From: Octopus vulgaris
Taxonomy: Eukaryota
Direction: 5' to 3'
Assembly (NCBI GenBank): GCA_951406725.2
Contig: OX597828.1
Coordinates: 16,120,001-16,184,000 of the forward strand
DNA length: 64,000 bases
Shown piece after piece: positions 1 through 12,819 of this stretch (the first letter of the stretch is position 1; every line of letters starts with the position of its first letter). Made by a program: the position numbers and the translations under genes. The notes below the pieces were generated by a model. It worked only from the letters and a program-made list of their open reading frames with translations, was not told where the DNA came from and ran no database searches.

Positions 1-175
1 TGCTGGTGTGTTTACGTCCCCGTCACTTAGTGGTTCGGCAAAAGAGACCGATAGAATAAGTACTGGGCTTACAAAGAATAAGTCCCGGGGTCGATTTGTT
101 CGACTAAAGGCGGTGCTCCAGCATGGCCACAGTCAAATGACTGAAACAAGTAAAAGAGTAAAAGGGTAAAGAGTA
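1..175 (+). mobile_element. SINE family A, 3' module (cut by window edge)
   Basis: Near-identical to 43680-43840 and 41470-41628; ends in a (taaaagag)n tail. Confidence 0.85.
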
Positions 176-179
176 CTCT

Positions 180-391
180 CCAGTGCAAGAAGTACATACA
201 AAATTTTTGCTAAGAACTTGAGAAAAGGAAAAGCAGAATAGAACCTTGGAGTTTCATATTTATTCTTATGAGAAAGAAAGATATGTGTGAGTCCGGTTAG
301 GTATTAACTAAATATCAATCTCCTCGATCCTGTTCTACTTTTCCCTTTCTGAAGTCCTTTGTAAGCATTTTGTTTATACTCTTGCACTGAA
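180..391. repeat. Diverged inverted repeat (MITE or Penelope-like inverted terminus)
   Basis: 180-250 (cagtgcaagaagtacatacaaaat...) is the approximate reverse complement of 320-391 (...attttgtttatactcttgcactga). Confidence 0.6.
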
Positions 392-444
392 GCGTACAGT
401 GATATATTATTAAATTAATTTAATTTTTACATATATACACAAAA

Positions 445-609
445 CGGTGTTCCACACAGATTACGTTCACGAAATTACACTCACAAGGCGTTGGTCGGCC
501 CGGGGTTATATAGCAGAAAATACTTGTCGAATGTGATATGCAGTGGGAGTGAACCCGAAACCACGTTGTTATGAAGCGGGCTTCTAAACCACACAGCCAT
601 GCCTGTGCC
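445..609 (-). mobile_element. SINE family A, tRNA-like head (degenerate)
   Basis: Minus strand reads ggcacaggcatggctgtgtggtttagaagc...gggttcactcccactgc; matches the heads at 41135 and 43455. Confidence 0.7.
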
Positions 610-924
610 GCACTTTCACACAAACACACACACATGCACACACACGCACACACGCACACACACGCATGCACACAAACACATACACATACACATGCACACA
701 AACACATACACATGCGCATACATACACACACGCACACACACAGACACACACATACGCACACATGCAAATGCACAAACATACACGCACACACACACACACA
801 CACACGCACACACACACACACGCATGCACACATACAAATACACACATGCACACATACACACACACGCACACGCACGCATGCACACAAACACATACACACC
901 CATGCACACATACACACAAACATT

Positions 925-1292
925 TTCTCCCTCTCGACTTCGTCGGTCACGAATAACCATGAGTGCACTTAAGAGATCCCCCACCCTCCGGGGTACAAAT
1001 CTGGGCGGAAAGTCGCCTCACCAGCGAACGCACAACCTAGGATAGTGTTTTTAAGGAAGACCAGCAGCCGCCCATGCATACCAGCCTCTCCTCTCCACGC
1101 CACCGATGTTATCCAGGGAGAAGGCAAAGGCCGATGCAGCTTGGCACCAATGACATCGCATCTCATTTCTACATGAAATAAATAACGTGAAATAAAGTAT
1201 CTTGCTGAAGAACACATCACGCAGTCCGGTCCGGGAATCGAACCTACAACCTCACGATCGTAAGCTCGATGCTCTAACCACTGAGCCATACG
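925..1292 (-). mobile_element. SINE family C (tRNA-Arg-like head) with its own 3' tail
   Basis: A box tggctcagtgg and B box ggttcgattcc on the minus strand, then gtgttcttcagcaagatact. Head shared with 20730-20961, 29385-29495 and 44430-44735. Confidence 0.8.
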
Positions 1293-1540
1293 TCTTCACT
1301 GCACCAACAAACATACACTTCGCACACAAACATACACACACATACATATACATACAGAATCATATATGCAAGCTGAAGAACACAACACACAGCCCGGTCC
1401 GGGAATCGAACCTACAACCTCACGATCGTAAGCTCGACGCTCTAACCACTGAGCCATGCGCCTTCACTGCTCACACAAACATACACTTCATACACAAACA
1501 TACACACACATACATATACACACAGATTCATATGTGCAAG
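1204..1540. repeat. ~168-bp tandem duplication containing the SINE C head
   Basis: gctgaagaacac...gggaatcgaacctacaacctcacgatcg...catatatgcaa occurs at 1204 and again at 1372. Confidence 0.85.
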
Positions 1541-1903
1541 TGTCCATAAGCGTGTGTTTACGTGTATGCATATCATGAACAAATGCTGAACTTCCGATCA
1601 TCAAAACATTCGCCAATCACAACAAACACGATCAAAGCAAAATATAAGAGAAAAAAAAAGAACCCCTCCCCGCCACCAAACAAGTGGCATTATTAATCGG
1701 GTGGTGCCACATGAAATTTAGAATGGTAAGCTTGGGAAAACTTGTATTTCTAATGTCATAAATGTAAAGGAAATAGAGAGAAAATGCATGAATTGCTAAA
1801 ATTTTAATTGACTTCCATATAATTGAAAACCATCTGCCTTAGCTATCGAGTCACAGCCAGTTGACGTGTATCGCTATCATCAAAGAAACTTAATGCGCGC
1901 GCG

Positions 1904-1972
<69 letters not shown>

Positions 1973-2144
1973 GTGTTTGTGTGTATATATATGTGTGTGT
2001 GTATACATATATACGTGCGTGTGTGTGCTTAGGTATAATTATATGCATATGTATACACATGTATGTAGGTATATATGCATATATGTATATATGTATATAT
2101 ATAAGCGTGTGGTGTATAATAGGCTATATATTTATGTGTATATC

Positions 2145-2216
<72 letters not shown>

Positions 2217-2268
2217 GTATCTACGTCTCTGTATACATACATACGTGAATATATATATATATATAATG

Positions 2269-2311
<43 letters not shown>

Positions 2312-2872
2312 TATATATATATATACACATATATATTCATTTGTGTGTGTATGCGCATGTTGAATTTACGCTTGAATCAGACTTTTGAAGTTTTTCTTTT
2401 TTCTTTCCGAACATTTCTCAGGAGCCAAATATTAGAAAAATACAGGTTGTTACAGCGTATTTATACAAATATTAATACAAATTAAAGATAAGAAAAACTG
2501 CCTACATAAGAAAAACAAACAAAAACAAAAAAAAAAGCACATTAAACTTCCTCAACGGAAAGAATAACTGTCAAACTGAAAATATGTGTTATATTCATGT
2601 CCTAAAGAAATCATGTAAATCTTGGGAATTCTATAGAATTTGGGATAGATAAGCAAAACAATTAGTCAGGTGCCTTTAACTAGAAGCTGAATAAATGAAA
2701 TCAACGCAAAAGATCTTCAAGAAACAGAGAGGGAAATTCTCAAAGGGAGCTGTGTGTTATAAATGAGGAATCGGTAGAGATAATAATAATTCTTAAAAGA
2801 AGGAAAAGAAATAATTAATTATTATTTTTAGAAGACAATTATATTCATTTAACATTATTGTAGGTAATGTAT

Positions 2873-2927
<55 letters not shown>

Positions 2928-3019
2928 TACATACACATTCATACATATATATACACACAGATATATATACATATACATCCATACATATATTTATATGTAT
3001 ATATATGTGTGTGTGTATG

Positions 3020-3052
<33 letters not shown>

Positions 3053-3323
3053 ATATATGTATGTATATAAGGGTTGTCTTCTTGTGTTATGGCATGTCAA
3101 CATTGAATCAATGTTGATTCTTGGGATTCTCTCCTCTTGCCATTTGGAAAGTCTTAACATTGGCTATGAAACGATTGGTCTATTCTATATGGAAGCGGAG
3201 CCCAGTTACCAACTTCCTTGCTCACGTTCAGTCCCACTTGTGTAGCACCATGCGCCGACTAGGGCTTAGTGAGTGGATTTGGTTTACGGGGACCGAAAGA
3301 ACCCACATCGTATATATATATAC

Positions 3324-3403
<80 letters not shown>

Positions 3404-3404
3404 G

Positions 3405-3501
<97 letters not shown>

Positions 3502-3704
3502 ATATATATATATAAATGTTAGTTTAGACGGATGTATAATCCGGGCGGATACCGTGGTGGCTCTCAGTTATGTTCCAGGTTACGGCTAACCGTATCAATT
3601 AGTACTTAACGTCTATGACTACTAGGAGTTTGTCAGTCATGCTGTAATTCCCTCTAGTGGGTAAATCCGTGTTCGCTTCTCTGGATGGCAATATTACTTG
3701 AAAT

Positions 3705-4138
3705 GTATATAGGCAATAATTATAACGATGGAGAATATGGAGACTGTTCATCCTCAAACTTTATTTCCTTTGATCTTACACTTTCATACAGCTCATTTTT
3801 ATGGCTTTTTATGACCCACACGTGTTTCCACTGCATAGATTATGAGTAGTTGGACTGCAACCGGGCATAATTATCTGTGCAGCCTCGTTTAGGGTATGTT
3901 CACTAGCTAGTCTGAATACACTTAGTTAACTAATTATGTCTAAATTAACTAATTAGTCTGAATACAATTAGTTAACTAATGATGCATGGTTGCATGTGCA
4001 GCTGGCCATACTATGTGTTGTGGAAACACGTGTAGGTCGTAATAGCCATAAAAATATGCTATATGAATGGAAAAATAAAAGGAAATAAATTTCAAGGATG
4101 AAGAAGTTTCTATATTCTATATCGTTATAATTATTGCT

Positions 4139-4140
<2 letters not shown>
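3705..4140. mobile_element. Penelope-like inverted terminal arrangement with two degenerate hammerhead-like motifs
   Basis: 3710-3830 is the approximate reverse complement of 4020-4140; each arm carries GAAA-CACGTG (minus 3814-3895, plus 3976-4037). Confidence 0.6.
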
Positions 4141-4231
<91 letters not shown>

Positions 4232-4236
<5 letters not shown>

Positions 4237-4826
4237 CATAAATTAGGGCAAAGGAAAGAATTTCTAATGCCAAATATGCCGAAAAATATTATTTTTTCGA
4301 AAAGAATTTTATCCTCACACTTGATATAAATTTAAGCGTTCACTTCCGAACTAACTCACTCTGTGAGAGCTTCAGTTCAAATCGCACGTGCCTCGAGTGG
4401 GCTGGAGTATTTCTATTTTGGATGTATTTGGGGTACTTAGTTGTGCCCATGACTTAGTATTTGCTTCTTCTATGGGTATGAGTAAGTATCTCATTTATTT
4501 ATTCTGCCACATGTATCACTGACGAAGAGAGGGCTCTTAGTAGCTAACTCTGAAATCGGTCTTATATGGTAATAATGGAATTTTTTAGAAGTTTCTGTCG
4601 ACCTTTTTTCGAGTAGCGTGCGTTGTGTGAAAAAATTATATGGTTAATAGACATTATGTCCAATTTTTCGGCATATTTGGCATTAGAAATTCTTTCCTTT
4701 GCCCTCATTTATGAATTGTTTATAAATTTAACCGTTAAAGGTATTTTTTAATATGCTGGCCATTGATAAATTTTTTTTCGAAAGAATATTTTTTTTCGAA
4801 AAGAATGTTATCTTCACACTTGATAT
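4232..4826 (+). mobile_element. Non-autonomous Penelope-like element with inverted plus direct terminal repeats
   Basis: 4232-4288 is inverted at 4662-4718; 4285-4328 is directly repeated at 4785-4826; internal hammerhead motif. Confidence 0.65.
4511..4568 (+). ncRNA. Minimal type-I hammerhead ribozyme motif
   Basis: CTGACGA (4519) - agag...ctct stem II - GAAA (4552) - tcgg - TC. Stem I pairing is weak. Confidence 0.55.
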
Positions 4827-4847
4827 ATATATATATATATATGTAGT

Positions 4848-5078
4848 CTTTTATTCTTTAACTTGTTTCAATCATTTGACTGCGGCCATGATGGAACACA
4901 GCTTCAAAGCATTTTAGTCGAAGAAATCGTCCCAGGGCTTATTATTTGTAAGCCAAGTACTTATTCTAGCGGTGTCTTTTGGAAACATAAACGCAACATC
5001 AGCATCGATTGTGAAGCGATGGTGGGGGAACAAATACAGACACATACAAATACACACACAAACACACACGCCTGCGCA

Positions 5079-5121
<43 letters not shown>

Positions 5122-5268
5122 GACGGGCTTCTTCCAGTTTCCATCTATTAAATCTACTCACAAGGCTTTGGTCGGCCCGAGGCTATAGTAGAAAAGATTT
5201 GCCCAAGTTGTCACGCAGTGGGACTGAACCCGGAACCATATGGTTGGAAGGCAAGCTTCTTACCATAC
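4848..5268 (-). mobile_element. SINE family A, near full length, with internal (TA)/(TG) microsatellite
   Basis: Head at 5120-5268 and tail at 4848-5040 on the minus strand; same order as 41135-41628. Confidence 0.85.
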
Positions 5269-5345
5269 AGTATATACAAACATACCTGTATACATATATA
5301 TACATACATATATAATACTTACATACATACATACATACATAAATG

Positions 5346-5403
<58 letters not shown>

Positions 5404-5523
5404 CATACATATATATGCATAAATATATACATATATATATATACATATATATGCATATACATATATACATATATATATGTGTATATATATATACATATAT
5501 ATGCATATATATACATATATATT

Positions 5524-5555
<32 letters not shown>

Positions 5556-6101
5556 CGTGTGTGTATGTATGGATATATATATATATATATATATTTGCAC
5601 ATACACATACGTGTATATATGTATGTATATATATATATGTATCGTTTAGCGTTCACAGCACATATCAGTGACTTTTCAAATTTATGTACGCTAAACACGT
5701 TAGGTTAACGGTATGTTTTTAAAGAATATTCTATAGATTAAAAATCCCATTAAACATATCCCGATATTAAAAAGGAAAAAAAAAAGACTTCACTTTCAAA
5801 GGTACTTTGACATTAGAGTAACTATCATACATTTTGCAGCTTTTGAAATATTTACACACACATACACACACACACTTGTGTGTTTGTGTGTGTGTGTGTG
5901 TGTTTGTGTTTCAATTACAAAATTTTCACCATTGTCTGAAATAAGTACTATTATTCCCTGCCTATCAATATGCCAACCTATGTACCAACATACCTACTGA
6001 CAAATCTCTCGATCTACCTTCATACATATGCAACTAGATATATACATACAATGGTTCAATCTGGATCTAGACTGATTCCTCTACATTCATATATACATAT
6101 A

Positions 6102-7145
6102 TATGAGGGAGCGTCAAAAGTTATATGCACTCTTGTTTTTTCAATGTATTTACACAAAAGCAGGGGATAAACAAGTACGTGATTTTTCTATTTAGTCTCC
6201 TTTCTTTTCGATGCACTTGGTCCAACGATCTTCAAGCTTGCGTATTCCCCCACAAAAGAAGGTTTTCGGTTGGACATGCAACCATTTGTGCACCGCTTCA
6301 TTCACATCTCCGTCTGTGGGAAATCAACGACTTCGAAAACAATCTTTGAGCGGTCCCAAGATATGATAGTCGGAAAGGGCATGATCTGGGCTGTAGGCAG
6401 GGTGTTTCAGCAGCTAAAAACCCAATTGGTTAATGGCTTCAGCGGTCTGGGCGGCCGTGTGAAGGCGTGTATTGTCCGGTAGCAACAAAACTTTCTTCGA
6501 TAATAGGCTTCGGCGTTTGGTGCGTGTTGCTGGCTTCAGTGTGTTGGCCAGCAAAGCACTGAATCTTGCACTGTTGCTCGTACATCCCTGTTCCAGGTAT
6601 TCTTCCAGTGAAAGCCCTTTTGAGTCTCAAAAAAGGGTTAGCATTACTTTTCCCGCGGAAGAATGAGTCTTGAATTTCTTCGTCACTGGCAAGCCAGGAT
6701 ATTTCCACTCCATAATCTGTCGTTTGGATTCTGCCTCAAGTTTTATCTCCTCAAATATTCTTCTCCCTCATTGTTGTAGCGATCGAGTTAACGTGAGCAG
6801 ACACCTCAAGTCGTTTGCACTTCTCGATGCTCTCATATACATATTTACGCGCTAGTTCACTGTCCCCGTATTGTGCTAAAAGCCTCTGATGAACGTCAGC
6901 ACCTGACACACCTTACGACCAGAGAAATCGGATCACTGCTCTTTGTTCTTCTTTGGTGTACATTGCTAGTGGGGCGGCCTTGCTTATACTGTAAAGCCAG
7001 AAGGAAAAAGGGCGCTAAGAGGCACAAACTTCGATCACGTGACCACAATAGTATCAACTATAAGCATGCATGCGCAGAAAGTAGTCTGTCAATAATAAAG
7101 ATATGTTATGGCGAAAGTGCGGATAACTTTTGACTTACCCTCGTG
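6102..7145 (-). mobile_element. mariner-type DNA transposon relic with degraded transposase
   Basis: Imperfect TIRs tatgagggagcgtcaaaagttatatgcact / agtgcggataacttttgacttaccctcgtg in TA context. Minus-strand remnants DNTRLHTA, HPAYSPDHALSDYHILGPLK and RWTKCIEKKGD resemble the mariner HDNARPH, YSPDLAPSDY and C-terminal motifs. Confidence 0.85.
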
Positions 7146-7149
7146 TATT

Positions 7150-7205
<56 letters not shown>

Positions 7206-7213
7206 TGTGTGTG

Positions 7214-7492
7214 TGGAGGCCCAGTGGTTAGGGTAGCGAACCCGCGGTTGTAGGATCGCGGTTTCGATTCCCTGACCGGGCGTTGTGAGTGTTTATTGAG
7301 CGAAAACACCTAAGAGCTCCACGAGGCTCCGGCAGTGGGTGGTGTACTCTTTCGCCACAACTTTATCTCTTTCTTCTGTTGGCTTGCTCGCTTAGCCAGC
7401 GGGGTGGCGTCGATTGAAGGCTAAAGCAATGCAAAGCGCATTGTGACTAGCGATGTGTAACAACATCTGATAGCCTGGTCGGTCACGGTGAT
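7214..7492 (+). mobile_element. SINE family B (tRNA head), tail type 1
   Basis: ggcccagtggttagggtagcg...ggtttcgattccc...ttattgagcgaaaacacc; head shared with 10060, 10478 and 18600(-). Confidence 0.8.
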
Positions 7493-7559
7493 AAATATAT
7501 ATTCTCCGTATAGAATACACTTTGTAATGTTCAAGAGATTTAAACTTGAGCGGGTAGAG

Positions 7560-7930
7560 CAGTAAATGTGGGTATAAGCAAGTTAGAGAGATCGATATAT
7601 AAAGTATATTAAATACATGAAATACAAATAAATGTATATATGTTTATATTCTATCTCTAAACTTGTTTCCTTTAACACCTCAAATGTAAGATCTCTTCCC
7701 TGAAGACGGAGGCTGGTCTCATCCTAGAATGGAATCAATCTTCAAACACTATTTTGGACCACCGATCCCCCAGAAACAGCTGTCGGGTACTTTTCTTCAA
7801 CCGCTTTAATTCTCTATATCATTTGTATTCTATGTAAGTCTGACCGTTTTGTATGTAAACGTAAATACATTTTAGTATTTCATGTATTTAATATTGATCT
7901 ATCTAACTTACTTATCCCTACATTTACTTA
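7560..7930 (+). mobile_element. Penelope-like remnant with inverted termini
   Basis: 7560-7640 is the approximate reverse complement of 7862-7930; a hammerhead motif lies between them. Confidence 0.6.
7696..7789 (+). ncRNA. Type-I hammerhead ribozyme motif with long stem II
   Basis: tcc-CTGAAGA (7700) - stem II with tggtct/ggacca - GAAA (7773) - palindromic CAGCTG - TC - ggg. Confidence 0.65.
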
Positions 7931-7940
7931 TATATATACA

Positions 7941-8445
7941 CTAGCAGTATCGCCCGGCGTTGCTCGGGTTTGTAAGGGAAATAACTATATAAGCATTTTT
8001 AGAGAGTTACTTCCTTTATAGATGCCAATTCGGGCTTTCTTAGCCATTTCTGTTTTGGTGTCTTCAAGCCATGAAGTCGTTGTTCTAAAAGAACGCTGGT
8101 CTCCTTGACAACGCATTACGACGTTGATTTCCTTAAACTCCCTTCCCCACAGCTTCACGAGGGAGGGAAGAAGGGGGAGAAGCAAACACAGGTGCAGGTG
8201 TTTGAGCGTGGACGCCAACTCCGCCGCCATCGACACATGAAAAATTATGCATTAAAATGGAATAAAAAATGATGTTAAATTATTTTTAAAATCGTAGACT
8301 CATCGTAGACGCGCGCTAATAGCCAGACGGACTCGATATGAATCATGACTATAAGATACCCGAATTTGGTTAAACTGCACCGCAAAATGTGGGAGTAGTT
8401 AGGAATCTAAATCGAAGGGGACAGACACTCACACAACTACAGTAT
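7941..8445 (-). mobile_element. Non-autonomous Helitron
   Basis: Minus-strand 3' end cccgagcaacgccggg hairpin + cgatactgCTAG, identical to 19272 and 60523; the interior differs. Confidence 0.75.
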
Positions 8446-8446
8446 A

Positions 8447-8531
<85 letters not shown>

Positions 8532-8772
8532 GTAAATGTAAAAAAATACAAATTGGGACAAGAACGTGAAACATTTAGAAGACGATACAAAAAACACGGA
8601 CGGGACATTCGAAGCCTTCAATCGTCAGTCAAGAACCGGATCATTGAGATTGCGCCGATTTGGCCAGCCCCAAAGGAAAATATAAGCCAAGCGCATTAGA
8701 TTCCTTGGAAGAAAGCCTCGAATGTATACAAAACAAGGACGGAAAAACGGACGATGTTACACGAATAAAAAT

Positions 8773-8825
<53 letters not shown>

Positions 8826-8997
8826 TAAGAAAGTTAGAGGTTGTGAATCCAACCAACTAACGGATAATATCTATCCAATATACTATTGGTAGAATACCCA
8901 ATTATTAATGCATAAGTGTTTTTTATTGCATTGAAATTACATTACCTAGTGTACTAAGTGGGTGAAGGTAAAGAGATATTTCACCGTTAATTTATAG

Positions 8998-9270
8998 AGC
9001 AATAAGAAAATGGAGGGGATCAATAGATGGTTCATCAACTTTTAAACATTATATTATGTCTATTTATTTATTTATTTATTTATTTACTAAATTGACAATC
9101 ACAAGCATATACATACATGTATAACATATTAAGCTTTACATATAAAATATAAAGATACCAGTAATTATTAAAATATTATGTTATATATTTAGTAAATAAA
9201 TAAATAAATTGACATAATATAATGTCTAAAAGCTTATGAGCCACCTATTGATCCCCTCCATTTTTTATTG
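8998..9270. repeat. Inverted repeat with ~90-bp arms
   Basis: gcaataagaaaatggaggggatcaatag...tttactaaat versus atttagtaaat...ctattgatcccctccattttttattgc. Confidence 0.75.
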
Positions 9271-9591
9271 CACTCTTTCTCTCTCTGTATATGTATATAT
9301 ATATACATATACGTATGTTATGAATGTATGTATGTATGTATGTATGTATAAATTTCAGGATTCAAGCGAATCAGGTACTTAAATAATAAACCGTCAAGTT
9401 CAGGTCTGTACGTCGCTATCGTGTACAAACAGTATTTGAAAACAAATACGTACTTACTAAATTAAACATTTATTCTCTGCTTCTGCGTACAATCACAAAT
9501 ATCTCAGGATGGATTGCAACGAGTCCTCAAGGTCGCATATGGGTTCAAACACTGCACCCATTGTACTGCATTCTCTGCACTACTGCACTAC

Positions 9592-9719
9592 TGAAGTTTT
9601 CAGGTATTTCTAGATTTATTTCCACTTTCAGGATGTTGTCTTTAAAAATTTGTTTCGAGACCTTGATTTTAATTAACTAACTTAATTGCACATTTTTTCA
9701 TTCCAGTTTTCAATTTTCA
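9592..9719 (+). repeat. Unclassified dispersed repeat (second copy 14396-14543)
   Basis: Shared tgtctttaaaaatttgtttcgagacc...ttccagttttcaattttca. Confidence 0.7.
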
Positions 9720-9990
9720 AAGCATGTATGTGCGTATGTATATATATGAATGTCTGTATGTGTGCATGTATATATACATGGACACATGTAATCACCTGAT
9801 GAAAACGGTTCTTTTTTGCATGATGCAACACTTCTATTTATCAATAAAAAAAGCAAGTGTGTGTATGTGTGTATGACTGTAGGTACGTATGTATGTATGT
9901 ATGTATGTATGTATGTATGTATGTATGTATGTATGTATGTATGTGTGTGTGTGTTTGTGTTTGTGTGTGTGTATGTCGGAAACTGAAAGA

Positions 9991-10030
<40 letters not shown>

Positions 10031-10059
10031 TATGTATATATATGTATATACATATACGT

Positions 10060-10356
10060 GGAGGCGCAATGGCCCAGTGGTTAGGGCAGCGGGCTCGCGG
10101 GCATACAATCGCGGTTTCGAATCCAGGTGTTGTGAGTGTTTATTGAGCGAAAACACTTAAATCTCCACGAGGCTCCGGCAAAGGGTAGTGTCCTCTTTCA
10201 CCACAACTTTCTCTCACTCTTTCTTCCTCTATTTGAAAGGGCCAGCCTTGTCACACTCTTTAAGGGTACATGTGTCTGTGGAGTGCTCAGCCACTTGCAC
10301 GTTAATTTCACGAGCAGGCTGTTCCGTTGATTGGCTCAACTGGAACTCTCGTACCG
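10060..10356 (+). mobile_element. SINE family B, tail type 2 (tail shared with the SINE C copy at 44430)
   Basis: Head ggaggcgcaatggcccagtggttagggcagcg; tail aaagggccag...ctcagccacttgcacgttaatttcacgagcaggctg matches 44580-44705. Confidence 0.8.
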
Positions 10357-10402
10357 TATATGTATGTATGTATGTATATATATATGTATATATGTATGTA
10401 TG

Positions 10403-10441
<39 letters not shown>

Positions 10442-10477
10442 GAATATATATATATGTGTGTGTGTATATATATATAT

Positions 10478-10730
10478 GTGGTCGGAGGATCGCGGTTTCG
10501 ATTCCCAGACCGGGCGTTGTGTGTGTTTATTGAGCGAAAACACCTAAAGCTCCACGTGACTCCGGCAGTGGTGAGGGGCGGCGACCCCTGTTGTACTCTT
10601 TCGCCACACCTTTCTCTCACTCTCTCTTCCTGTTTCTTGCGTAACGCTGTGATGGACTGGCGTCCCGTCTAGATGGGGAAACCGGGCCCATGAGCCTGGC
10701 TAGGCTGGAAAAGGGTGTATAAATAAAAAA
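10478..10730 (+). mobile_element. SINE family B (5' clipped), tail type 3
   Basis: B box and body as other family B copies; tail ctgtgatggactggcgtcccgtc resembles the V-SINE central domain as I recall it. Confidence 0.75.
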
Positions 10731-10779
10731 AATATATATATATACATACATATATAGGTATTCATGTGTGTGCATGTCT

Positions 10780-11000
10780 TTGTGACTGTGTATGTCCTCC
10801 CACCATCATTTGAAAACCGATGTTGGTGTGTTTATGTCCCCGTTAACTTAGCGGTTCACTAAGGGACCGATGGAATAAATACTAGGCCTACAAAGAATAA
10901 GTCTTGGATTTGTATTCTTCGACTAAAAATGAAATCCTTTGAGGCGGTGCTCCAGCATTGCCACAGTCAAATGACTGAAACAAGTAAAAGAATAAAGGAA
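10780..11000 (+). mobile_element. SINE family A, 3' module
   Basis: ggtgtgtttatgtcccc...ggcggtgctccagc...aaatgactgaaacaagtaaaag. Confidence 0.8.
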
Positions 11001-11485
11001 TATGTATGTATGTATAAACGGATGGATGCATGTTTATACATGATACGAGAACTTCCTTCAAGAAAGTTCTTGCTACTCAATTTTTTTTTGTGTTTTTAAA
11101 GAATTTTAAAAATATGATAAATAAATTTTAGGTTAACAAAATCTTTCTTCACGTCTTATACACACTGCCCCCCCCCCCCCACACACACACTCACCCATTA
11201 TATACTCACGTTTAGAAATATATGAACAAAATAGGAGAGTGCATTCGTCATGAATTATACGAGCTCACGCACTTTTTCACTTTTGATAAATATGAATGCA
11301 CTTGAAGTTACGAATACTAACTCTTAGGCGATTTGGATCACACTGTATAAATACAAACGTATGTATGTATGTATGTATGTATGTATGTATGTATGTATGT
11401 ATGTATGTATGTATGTATGTATGTATGTATGTATGTATGTATGTATGTTTGTGTGTGAGTGTCTGAGTGTGTGTATGTGTGCATG

Positions 11486-11516
<31 letters not shown>

Positions 11517-11536
11517 CTATTAATGCTTGCTTTTAA

Positions 11537-11567
11537 ATAATAATAATAATGATGATGATGATAATAA

Positions 11568-11644
<77 letters not shown>

Positions 11645-11660
11645 TAATGATAACAACAAC

Positions 11661-11737
<77 letters not shown>

Positions 11738-11752
11738 TAATAATAATAATAT
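11537..11752. repeat. (TAA)n microsatellite
   Basis: Read directly. Confidence 0.95.
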
Positions 11753-11880
11753 TAATGATTAAACATAAATTTACGTTGAATTGAAGAATCACTAAATACA
11801 CTTATTTACGTCAGAATTTATTTTTAAGAAGAATACTATTGACAGTAACTTCGAAATTTCTCCCAGCGGGCAGTGATATA

Positions 11881-12105
11881 CAGTTATCCCTCGCCATATC
11901 GCGGTTCACTTATCGCGGTTTATTATTCATGCTTACGTCGATTCCTCCGTGGCGTTGTTTTGCATTTATAATAAAAAAATATATATATAAAAATTATAAA
12001 AATAAAATTAAAAAAATATAGTACAGTACTGTTTCGACTTCGCGGAGTTTCCCCTTTCGCGGGTGATTTTGGGAGGCAACATTCGCGATAGTCGAGAAAT
12101 TACTG
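11881..12105. mobile_element. pogo/Tigger-like MITE
   Basis: TA-flanked imperfect TIRs cagttatccctcgccatatcgcg / cgcgatagtcgagaaattactg, with subterminal tcgcgg motifs. Confidence 0.7.
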
Positions 12106-12110
12106 TATGC

Positions 12111-12196
<86 letters not shown>

Positions 12197-12773
12197 GTGT
12201 GTGTGTATATGTATATATGTACATATTTATATATATATATATTATCAAATGAAAAAATACATATGTATATACAAATATGTTTGTATATATTTGCAAGTAT
12301 ATAAATGCCGAGGTGTGCATTATATAGCAGCAGTATTGGCTGCAAGAGCAGCAGTGGCAGCAGCACCCCATAACTGCATCCTGAGTTACACCTTTTTCTA
12401 GGACAACTTCCTTACATAGTGAAGCCATTAATCATAGCTATTTCACAGACATTGCAGAAATAAGGTGTAGTGAAAAGTCAAACGTAAAGTGTAACAACGA
12501 ACTTTCCATAAATGAAACCGTGTTCCCCCACTCTCTTTCTCTCTCTCTCTCTGACTTGGTCTCTTTCCCTCCCTCCCTCTCTCTCTCTCCTCCCCGTCCC
12601 CTTCCTCTCTCTCTCCTTCCTCGCCCTCCTTCCTCTCTCTCTTGTTCTCTTTCCCTCCCTCATTCTCTCTCCTTCCATTTTCTCTCTCTGTCATATATAT
12701 GTGTGTATATATATATATATGTATGTATAAATATGTGTATGTATGTATATATATATGTATATATATATAAATA

Positions 12774-12819
<46 letters not shown>

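Noticed and set aside
1372-1463. Possible tRNA-Arg gene (also 18520-18600)
   Set aside because: No acceptor-stem pairing, and the sequence continues into SINE bodies found in multiple copies.
8598-8632. Hammerhead-like CTGACGA...GAATGTC on the minus strand
   Set aside because: No GAAA and no workable stems I and III.
11994-12428. Cys-rich ORF MASLCKEVV...GCCCHCC
   Set aside because: Runs into microsatellite; no clear splice donor or recognisable family. Kept only as a unique island.
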